A stretch of 64,000 nucleotides of DNA from Fibrobacter sp. (GTDB lineage: Bacteria; Fibrobacterota; Fibrobacteria; Fibrobacterales; Fibrobacteraceae). The number at the start of each line of letters is the position of its first letter. Position 1 is the first letter of the stretch. This document shows positions 1-7,370 of this stretch, piece after piece. The DNA lies in the NCBI GenBank assembly GCA_024398995.1, contig JAKSIE010000009.1, forward strand, positions 1,539-65,538, read 5' to 3'. The notes below the pieces were generated by a model. The model was not told the DNA's origin. It searched no databases and worked only from the letters and a program-made list of their open reading frames with translations. Made by a program: the position numbers and the translations under genes.

Positions 1-131
1 GCAACGGAACGGGTAACGTGGGTCTGCACGTTAGCCTTGAAGTTCATGTTATCGGCCACGGAGGCTGCATCGGCTGCGAATGCGGAAATGCCCATGGCGA
101 GCACTGCAGCGGCGATCTTCTTGAAGTTCAT
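1..131 (-). CDS. Partial (5' end) secreted protein, runs off the window start
   Basis: Minus strand reads CAGGAG-N6-ATG then MNFKKIAAAVLAMGISAFAADAASVADNMNFKANVQTHVTRSVA, a signal-peptide-like N-terminus; open to position 1. Confidence 0.65.
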   Translation of the reverse strand, partial: MNFKKIAAAVLAMGISAFAADAASVADNMNFKANVQTHVTRSV

Positions 132-260
132 ATTGTACTCCTGTTCTAAACAGATTTTATAAATCCGCGGCAAATTTAGAATTTGGAGGGCCTATTTCAA
201 ATAGTGCCGACTGTAAATAACTATTTTTACCCCCGAAAAAACAAAAATGGAGTGTATGTG

Positions 261-953
261 ATGAATAAAATGGCTTTTGCCCTTACCTTGGCCTTGTCCG
301 TGCTGGTGGCATCTCCCTTTGCTAAGACTCTGACCCCCAACAAGACTCATGCCGTGCTGGACGTTGCCTATACCAACTACGACGACGTTCCCCAGGCCAA
401 GAAGAAATTGGTCTTTGTGGGCCAGAACAAGCCCAAGAATAAGATCTCTGTTACCACAGATGTGAATGGCGAAGTCAGTTTTATGATTCCTCGCGAAGAC
501 TCTTACACCATCCTTTGCGAAAGCTTGACCGGTCCCTTCGAATGTGGAACGACGCCCTATGTTTCCATGAAGGCTAGCACCGGCAGCATCACGGTTGTCT
601 TTGACGACACCCGCGCAGAGCTTACCGGAGTGACTTTCAAGGCTGGCAGCGCTGAACTGGTGCCCAGCTCTCTGAAGACTTTGGATGCAGCTATCGCAGG
701 CTTGAAGCGTAACCCCAAGGCTAAGGTTGAAGTCCAGGGCCATACCAGTTCCGAAGGTGGCGAAGAATATAATCAGAAGCTTTCAGAAGATCGTGCCAAC
801 GCTGTCCGCGACTATATGATCCGTCGTGGCATTGCTGAGGCTCGCCTTACGGCCCGTGGTTATGGCTTTAGCGTGCCCAAAGCCGACAACGATTCTGAAG
901 CAGGCCGCAAGCAGAACCGTCGCATCGAACTGGTGGTCACTTCCGAAGAATAA
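261..953 (+). CDS. OmpA-family (peptidoglycan-binding C-terminal domain) secreted protein
   Basis: Signal peptide; C-terminal motifs VTFKAGSAEL, VEVQGHTS, YNQKLSEDRANAV, GRKQNRRIE; GGAG upstream of ATG 261. Confidence 0.9.
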   Translation: MNKMAFALTLALSVLVASPFAKTLTPNKTHAVLDVAYTNYDDVPQAKKKLVFVGQNKPKNKISVTTDVNGEVSFMIPREDSYTILCESLTGPFECGTTPYVSMKASTGSITVVFDDTRAELTGVTFKAGSAELVPSSLKTLDAAIAGLKRNPKAKVEVQGHTSSEGGEEYNQKLSEDRANAVRDYMIRRGIAEARLTARGYGFSVPKADNDSEAGRKQNRRIELVVTSEE

Positions 954-978
954 TTATCCGTTGTAAAGTGCAACGTTA

Positions 979-1012
979 TGTCATCCCGGCCTTTGAGCCG
1001 GGATCTTTTTTT
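979..1012 (+). repeat. TGTCATCCC-type palindromic (REP-like) element, may double as terminator
   Basis: TGTCATCCCGGC-CTTTGA-GCCGGGATCT followed by a T-run between convergent genes; related copies at 14389, 36951, 39438. Confidence 0.65.
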
Positions 1013-1021
1013 TGAGAATAA

Positions 1022-1786
1022 CTATCCGTGGAGTTTTTTCTTCTGCTGCATGCCGGTAATCTTGATGCAGATCTTTCGGGGTAAGATTCTGCTGACAAGT
1101 CCGGCTAGCTTCATCAAGGGGCCGGGAACAATGACGGTCTTTTTCTTGAACATCTGGCTAAGGGCGTAGCTGGTACAGCGCTTGCTGGAAATTCCCGGAA
1201 GGGAGAAGTTCACGTTAGCCACGTCGTTGAATTCGGTTTTTACAGGGCCCGGGCAAAGGACGCTGATAGAAACGTTGCTGCGGGCTTCTTGAAGTTCGCA
1301 GGCGATGGCCTGGGAGAGGCTGACCACATATGCCTTGGAAGCGTAGTAGGTTGCCATGTAGGGGCCTGCAGGTAGAATGCCTGCGCTTGAACCCACGTTC
1401 AGAAGGTAGGAACGTTCGTCGTTCTTTTCCATCTGCTTCAATGCAATTTTCGAAAGAATGTGGAGTGCAGTGACATTTACATCGATCATCTGCATTTCTT
1501 TTTTGATGTCGGAGCTGACGAAGCTTCCGCAGTCGCCAAAGCCTGCGTTGTTGATGAAAATGGTGACCTTAAAACCGTTTATGAATTCGCCCAGACGTTC
1601 ACATTCTTCGCGGCGGGAGAGGTCTGCGGTGAAGATCTCTACGGGTGTGGAAAGTTCTTCTGCAAGGGCCTTGAGGCGGTCTTCACGACGGGCCACAAGA
1701 ATGAGGCCGTAGCCGCGGGCGGAAAGGTTTCTTGCAAAGTCGGCGCCGAGGCCGGAGCTTGCGCCTGTAACAACTGCGTACTTCAT
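1022..1786 (-). CDS. SDR-family NAD(P)-dependent oxidoreductase
   Basis: TGASSGLG Rossmann motif, NNAGFG, catalytic YYASK; start set at MKYAVV after AAGGAAG. Confidence 0.92.
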   Translation of the reverse strand: MKYAVVTGASSGLGADFARNLSARGYGLILVARREDRLKALAEELSTPVEIFTADLSRREECERLGEFINGFKVTIFINNAGFGDCGSFVSSDIKKEMQMIDVNVTALHILSKIALKQMEKNDERSYLLNVGSSAGILPAGPYMATYYASKAYVVSLSQAIACELQEARSNVSISVLCPGPVKTEFNDVANVNFSLPGISSKRCTSYALSQMFKKKTVIVPGPLMKLAGLVSRILPRKICIKITGMQQKKKLHG

Positions 1787-1832
1787 AGTTTTCTTCCTTC
1801 TTTGGTGCGACTGTCGCCGCAATTAAAAATCG

Positions 1833-2666
1833 TTACGGTAAGCTAATTCCGTCGTCGCCAATGTAAATCTTGCCCTCGCGGAACAATGTGCCCAGAAGCT
1901 TCTTGAAGTTCTTCTTGGACATGCCAAATTCCTGACGGATGATTTCAGGGTCGGTGTGGTCGCCATAGGGGAGGCTGCCACCGGCTTCTTCAAGCTTTTG
2001 CAACAGAGAATTTGCGCTGTCGCTTTTCATAAGACCCTTGAATCCGATGGGGTTCAGGCTCAAGGTGATTTTGCCGTCGGCGGTAAAGCGCTGGATAAAA
2101 CCGGGCATGGTGTCGCCGATGTAGATACGTTCCATTCCGGGAGCGAGCATCAAACGACCGGTGTAGCGGTAGTCTACCAAGAAGTCAACGTATTCGCGGG
2201 TGACTTCGTAGGCGGCAAGCTGAACGCGTTGACCCACGTGAAGTTCAGAAGTGTCTGTATCCAAGAAACTCTTAATTTTTTCGGTAGCCACGATGCGGTT
2301 ACTCTTGTCGTCTACAAGAATAAAGACGACGCAACGGTCACCGCGCTGGAGTTCGCCCAGCTGCTGCTTGTAGGGCAGGAACAGGTCTTTGTTCAAACCC
2401 CAGTTCAAGAAGGCGCCTACGCGGTTCACGTCCTTCACATCTAGCACAGCAAATTCGCCAGCCTGTGCGTAGGGTTGTTCCAAGGTAGCAATGGGGCGGT
2501 CTTCGCTATCCGTATAAACGAATACATCGACGACTTCGCCTTCTTCCAGGGTGAATTTGTCGCGGTTGCCGGGGAGGAGGATTGTTTCGCCGCTTTCCAG
2601 TTCCAAATAGTAGCCTTGGGGGGCGATGCTGTCCACTCTTGCTCGATTATATCTTCCAAGATCCAT
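1833..2666 (-). CDS. CvfB/YitL-family S1 RNA-binding protein
   Basis: VFVYTDSEDRPIAT, GAFLNWGLNKDLFLP and C-terminal winged helix FGMSKKNFKKLLGTL. Confidence 0.88.
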   Translation of the reverse strand: MDLGRYNRARVDSIAPQGYYLELESGETILLPGNRDKFTLEEGEVVDVFVYTDSEDRPIATLEQPYAQAGEFAVLDVKDVNRVGAFLNWGLNKDLFLPYKQQLGELQRGDRCVVFILVDDKSNRIVATEKIKSFLDTDTSELHVGQRVQLAAYEVTREYVDFLVDYRYTGRLMLAPGMERIYIGDTMPGFIQRFTADGKITLSLNPIGFKGLMKSDSANSLLQKLEEAGGSLPYGDHTDPEIIRQEFGMSKKNFKKLLGTLFREGKIYIGDDGISLP

Positions 2667-2737
2667 AATTTGCCATTCCGTTCAATTGTTTGTTTGTCAA
2701 AAATATAATATATTTGGCCCTCAAGGAAATCAGGTGT

Positions 2738-3343
2738 ATGGTAGAGAATAAAGAAATGGCAGTACGCCCCTCTTTAGACAAGAAACTGAATAGTGAAATG
2801 TTCAGGTCTTTTTATTTCTTGAAAGAAGAATTGGTGCAGTTCTGCAGAGATAACGGTTTGCCTACTACGGGCGGCAAGGAAGAACTGAATAAGCGAATTG
2901 CATTCTTTCTGGAAACGGGTAAGGTGGAGCCAACCGCTGCTCCTGTCCACAAGGCGTCAACCAAGGCGGCAAACCAGGTCATCGATCTTCAGACCATCAT
3001 TGAAAGTGATTTCATTTGTTCTGAAAAGCATCGTGTTTTTTTTAAGAAACACTTGGGAACTTCTTTCTCCTTTAATGTGCAATTCCAGAACTGGCTTAAG
3101 ACCAACGCTGGCCGCACCTACCAGGAGGCAATTGAAGCCTATGGCAGAATCCTAAAGGAAAAGAAAGAAACTAAGTCCGTCATTGGTGGACAGTTTGAAT
3201 ACAACACCTACATCCGGGATTTCTTTGCGGATAACAAAGGTCATTCCCTGGATGATGCCATTAAGTGCTGGAAGTATAAGAAGTCGTTGGCCGGTCACAA
3301 TCGTTATGAAAAAGGTGACCTGGTAGCACTGACTGTAAAATAA
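2738..3343 (+). CDS. SAP-like / DUF6434-type domain protein
   Basis: FYFLKEELVQFCRDNGLPTTGGKEELNKRI (SAP-like) and QFEYNTYIRDFFADN...CWKYKKSLAGHNRYE, recognised from Firmicutes-type homologs. Confidence 0.7.
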   Translation: MVENKEMAVRPSLDKKLNSEMFRSFYFLKEELVQFCRDNGLPTTGGKEELNKRIAFFLETGKVEPTAAPVHKASTKAANQVIDLQTIIESDFICSEKHRVFFKKHLGTSFSFNVQFQNWLKTNAGRTYQEAIEAYGRILKEKKETKSVIGGQFEYNTYIRDFFADNKGHSLDDAIKCWKYKKSLAGHNRYEKGDLVALTVK

Positions 3344-3349
3344 AACGGA

Positions 3350-4303
3350 TTACAATCCCTTAATCACAAGCAGGCTGCCTGCGCCAATGACAAACCAAAG
3401 GATAACGCCCTGGATAAAGGGCTTGGCGCCGCATTTCTTTAAGGCATCCTTGGAAAGTCCTGTACCGATGAGGAACAAAGTAATGGCGAAGCCACGCTTT
3501 GCGATGGTGACAATTGTTGTGCCGACGGCTGCTGGAACACCCAGCACCGGGAACAGGTAGGTGTTGATGACCATGGCGATGGCGAACAGGAAGATGAACC
3601 AGGGAATCACATCCAGCTTGCCCTTGCCTGCGTCATTCTTCTTGCGAAAAATGAACATGGTCACGAGAGCTAACGGAAGAATCCAGAGGGCGCGGGTGCA
3701 CTTCACCATGGCGGCCACTTGCAGGGATTCATCGCTGTAGGCTGCTGCGGCTCCTACCACGGAGCTGGTGTCGTGAATGGCGATGGCCGCCCATTCGCCG
3801 AACTGCTGGTTATCGAGCCCAAAGAAATGTCCCAGAGGCGGGAAAATCAAAAGTGCCAAAGCATTCAGCACAAAGATGGTTCCCAGGGATACGCTCATCT
3901 GCTTGTCGTCGGCCTTTACCACGGGGGCGACTGCTGCAATGGCAGAACCTCCGCAAATGGCTGTACCGCTGGAAATCAGGTAGGAAGTCTTGGACTCCAC
4001 CTTCAAGATTTTTCCAACGATAAAACCAAGAATCATGACGCTTGCCACAGACACGATGGTGAACATCATGCCGTCCTTGCCGGAGGCAAGGGCCGCCTGC
4101 AGGTTCATGCCGAAACCAAGCCCCACCACGCAACCTTGCAGAAGGTACTTCTGTGTTTTCTTTGCGAACTTGGGGAAGGCGGGACCGCCGAAGGCGAAGG
4201 CGTAAACGATGCCAGCCAAGAGCGCCATCCAGGAGGCAATGCAGGGGCAGCATGTCGCAATGATAATCAGTACGAAAACGATTTTTGCAATTTTCTCTTT
4301 CAT
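3350..4303 (-). CDS. YeiH/UPF0324-family membrane transporter
   Basis: GTAICGGSAIAA and AIHDTSSVVGAA motifs, multiple TM segments. Confidence 0.9.
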   Translation of the reverse strand: MKEKIAKIVFVLIIIATCCPCIASWMALLAGIVYAFAFGGPAFPKFAKKTQKYLLQGCVVGLGFGMNLQAALASGKDGMMFTIVSVASVMILGFIVGKILKVESKTSYLISSGTAICGGSAIAAVAPVVKADDKQMSVSLGTIFVLNALALLIFPPLGHFFGLDNQQFGEWAAIAIHDTSSVVGAAAAYSDESLQVAAMVKCTRALWILPLALVTMFIFRKKNDAGKGKLDVIPWFIFLFAIAMVINTYLFPVLGVPAAVGTTIVTIAKRGFAITLFLIGTGLSKDALKKCGAKPFIQGVILWFVIGAGSLLVIKGL

Positions 4304-4305
4304 AA

Positions 4306-4842
4306 TTATTCTGTTGGTAAAGTTTTGGTGCGATGCATAAAGGCCAAGGTTTCCTTTTCGCCTTTTTCAGAAAGCATGGTCAAAAGGTAAAGCAACTTCT
4401 GGTAAGTTTCCGGTGCCATTTTTTCGTGCGCGGTACTTTTAGTTAGGTAGAGTAGCGGAGCCTGCTGCGTGTAGTTTGCGCCGCCGTAGGTCTTGGAGGC
4501 GGCTACACGATCGCAGAACATCTCCTTGATGTAACGGTCCGGCATAGGCATGGGAACGATCTTCTTGGTTTCCATTTCGTAGTCGTACCAGAATTCAAAA
4601 TGGTGCTTGTTTCTGCCCTTGTGGTGCATCCAGGCCAGGCTGTAACCCTTGCTGCGACGTTCCCCGTTGTTTGGGGATTCCTTGCCGGTATAATACTTGC
4701 ATCCGGGAATGAATTCTGTGGGGCTGTACTTGGACAAGTCGTGGAACAGCCCCTGAAATCCGATACCTGCCTTGAAGCAAAGGCGAATCACTTCGTTCCT
4801 GTGCTTGGTTATGGTAATGAAATGTTGGATCGGATGAAACAT
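4306..4842 (-). CDS. DUF5662-family (HD-like) protein
   Basis: GLFHDLSKYSPTEF, AWMHHKGRNKHHFEFW, EMFCDRVAASK. Confidence 0.75.
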   Translation of the reverse strand: MFHPIQHFITITKHRNEVIRLCFKAGIGFQGLFHDLSKYSPTEFIPGCKYYTGKESPNNGERRSKGYSLAWMHHKGRNKHHFEFWYDYEMETKKIVPMPMPDRYIKEMFCDRVAASKTYGGANYTQQAPLLYLTKSTAHEKMAPETYQKLLYLLTMLSEKGEKETLAFMHRTKTLPTE

Positions 4843-4968
4843 GATGTAAAATTAGAAATAAAGAAAAGGGGCGTGTGTTCCAAGAACCTCAAAATTCCCT
4901 ACGATTGGATGGGTGTGTAAAATATGAAAAAGATCTTTGCTTAGCTAGAAATGGAGGCGTTCTAAAAA

Positions 4969-5163
4969 ATGTGGAAAACAGTGTTAAATCTTTTGTGCAT
5001 TCTTTTTGCTGGGTATGTATATTTCGAATGCGATCCTTCAGGGAAACTTTACCAAGATTTATTTGTTAATGCTGGACGGGGGAATGTGAGGGGAGTGCTT
5101 ATTTGGGCTCCAATAGCTCTTCTTTTTTATGGACTATTTGTTTTTTGGAAAAAAAGGAAATAG
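4969..5163 (+). CDS. Putative small two-TM membrane protein (64 aa)
   Basis: GGAGG 11 nt upstream; two hydrophobic stretches and basic tail WKKRK; AT-rich context. Confidence 0.4.
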   Translation: MWKTVLNLLCILFAGYVYFECDPSGKLYQDLFVNAGRGNVRGVLIWAPIALLFYGLFVFWKKRK

Positions 5164-5357
5164 AAAAAAATTGAAAAGTTGAAAAATCCTCAGATTTCAA
5201 ACGGAATCAAATGTTACAGTACTGCACTTGTATTCGTGAGTAACATTGTATACACGATTAGATGTTTAAAAAAACACACGCTCACATTTAAGTAACGCAA
5301 GGTTGTGTCAAGGTTTTTTCGCAAAAAATAGTATTGTTCCAATATCAGATTTTAAAT

Positions 5358-5393
5358 AAAAACGCCGTACGGTTATTCCGTATGGCGTCTTTT
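5358..5393. terminator. Intrinsic terminator, probably bidirectional
   Basis: AAAA-ACGCCGTACGG-TTATT-CCGTATGGCGT-CTTTT hairpin downstream of the Rpn gene. Confidence 0.65.
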
Positions 5394-5422
5394 CGTTTGT
5401 AGAATTTTTAAGGGGTGCTGTT

Positions 5423-6247
5423 TTACAGAGCCTTGATTTCTTCAGGAGTGAGTCCTGTGCGTTTGGCTATAGCTTCAATAGGAAAGCCGTCGTCACGGAA
5501 ACCCTTGGCGAGATCCTTGCAGGCTTCTTCACGGCCTTCTTCACGGCCTTCTTTAACACCTTTCTTGTAGCGAATGTTCAATTCCTGTTCAAGAGTCATA
5601 TAAGCCTTCCTCGCGGCGGGGTCCATACGGTATTTCTTTACCAATTCGTGAATGCGCTTCATCTTCTCGGATTCACATTTCTTGGTAGCAAAATACTTCA
5701 TATACTCACGAGTGGAATCGTCGTCCATTTCGGAGTACTTCTTAAATATATAGAAATTTTTATAGCAGAGGTCATCCAACAGAATTTTTGGGTCAGAGTC
5801 TTCGTGATTCTGGAACCTGTAAATTGCCTTTCCCTTATGGAAGATGTCGTTGGGACAGATGAACAGGATGTATTGTTCCTGTAATTCTTCGTAGTCACTG
5901 CCCTTGGCCAAGGCGTCCAAGTCGCACATGTCTTGATAATAGCGGGCGCGTTTGGGGAGTTCGCCTGTATCAACCATCTGCATCTCGATATCAAACTGCC
6001 GTCCCATTTTGTCAGTTCCGTCTACACAAGGAATTTCCTCCCGCACCTGCACATCAAAACGCACGCTCTTGTGAAAAGGATCCTCCTGGGCTGTAGCCTC
6101 GGAGACCACACTGATTTGGTCGATAGTGATTTTTAGAATGTCCTGCAGAAAATCCTTGGCAACATCCTCGTGACTGAACACCTTGGAAAACATAAAATTG
6201 TCGGTGATATCCAGTTCCTCGTAAGGTTTCATTTTGTATTCGCTCAT
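5423..6247 (-). CDS. Rpn family recombination-promoting nuclease / PD-(D/E)XK 'putative transposase'
   Basis: DNFMFSKVF, KSVRFDV, FDIEMQ, KRARYYQ motifs; C-terminal EGREEGREE repeats and HTH-like tail IAKRTGLTPEEIKAL; GGAGG RBS. Confidence 0.9.
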   Translation of the reverse strand: MSEYKMKPYEELDITDNFMFSKVFSHEDVAKDFLQDILKITIDQISVVSEATAQEDPFHKSVRFDVQVREEIPCVDGTDKMGRQFDIEMQMVDTGELPKRARYYQDMCDLDALAKGSDYEELQEQYILFICPNDIFHKGKAIYRFQNHEDSDPKILLDDLCYKNFYIFKKYSEMDDDSTREYMKYFATKKCESEKMKRIHELVKKYRMDPAARKAYMTLEQELNIRYKKGVKEGREEGREEACKDLAKGFRDDGFPIEAIAKRTGLTPEEIKAL

Positions 6248-6377
6248 TTTTCCTCCATGTTAAATGTTGCGTTTACTATTAACACGCAGGAAACGCCCAA
6301 ATGGGAACCGCTTTTTATGAAAAATTTTGTTTGCTCGGTGTACGCTCGGAAATAAAATTTCCTATGATTGAAGGTGT

Positions 6378-7370
6378 ATGAAGACTTCCATCGATTTCAT
6401 TGGCGATATTCATGGGCATAGCGAATGCCTGAAGGCTCTGCTGAAAAAGTTGGGCTATGTGGAGAGCGCAGGTGCTTTCCGCTATCCGGGCAATGAACGT
6501 ATGGTTGTTTTTCTGGGCGATTATGTGGATCGTGGCCCCAATGTTCGTGAGACGCTGAATGTGGTCCGTGCCATGCGTGATGCGGGCTCGGCCATTGCCC
6601 TTATGGGAAATCACGAATTCAATATGCTGAGTTTTTGGCAGAAGAACGGAACCGGTGGCCGCTATATTGAAAAGATTGGTCCTGGCTATTTGCGTGAGCA
6701 TACCTTCAATAAGGTGGCGGTTCATTCCAAGACGGTAACGGATTTCGTGGGCCGTAAGGACGAATTCAAGGAAATGAAGGAATTCGCCAAGACTTTGCCT
6801 TTCTACCTGGAAACGGATTTGTTCCGGGCGCAGCACGCCAGTTTTCACCCTCAGGCTGTGGCGCAGTTGAAGGCCGCTGGTATCAGCTGTTTTGCCGATG
6901 GTGACTTTGATGAACTGATTGCCCGCGCTAACGATGAGGACAACCAGTACGGTGATTCTCTGTTCTGGCCCATCGATATGTTGCTGAAGGGTCCTGAAAT
7001 GGAATTGCCCAACCATCAGTTTTTCTTTGATGGAGAAAATGTCAAGCGTTTCAAGACAAGGCTTCGCTGGTGGGTGGATCCCAGGGAGGCGACTTTGCAG
7101 GAACTGAGTTTGCAGCCTGGGGTGACTATGCCCGAGGGTTGTGAAGTTTCACCAGAAGTTCGCGCACGTTCCTATTACAGCGAAGATGAACGCCCCGTGT
7201 TCTTTGGCCATTATTGGCTGACCGACGAACCCCACTTGATTCGTAGCAATGTGTGCTGCCTGGATTTTAGTATCGCACGTCATGCTGGCGGAGGCCATTT
7301 GGCTTGCTACCGTTTTGACGGGGAACAACGTCTTGACGAATCCAAATTCGTGTGGGTAAAAGGCCCGTGA
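6378..7370 (+). CDS. Calcineurin-like metallophosphoesterase (PPP/ApaH-like)
   Basis: GDIHG, GDYVDRG, GNHE and FFGHYW motifs. Confidence 0.9.
   Translation: MKTSIDFIGDIHGHSECLKALLKKLGYVESAGAFRYPGNERMVVFLGDYVDRGPNVRETLNVVRAMRDAGSAIALMGNHEFNMLSFWQKNGTGGRYIEKIGPGYLREHTFNKVAVHSKTVTDFVGRKDEFKEMKEFAKTLPFYLETDLFRAQHASFHPQAVAQLKAAGISCFADGDFDELIARANDEDNQYGDSLFWPIDMLLKGPEMELPNHQFFFDGENVKRFKTRLRWWVDPREATLQELSLQPGVTMPEGCEVSPEVRARSYYSEDERPVFFGHYWLTDEPHLIRSNVCCLDFSIARHAGGGHLACYRFDGEQRLDESKFVWVKGP

Noticed and set aside
5423-6247. Calling the Rpn gene an IS element
   Set aside because: No terminal inverted repeats or target duplication seen; the family's 'transposase' label is not supported by this sequence.
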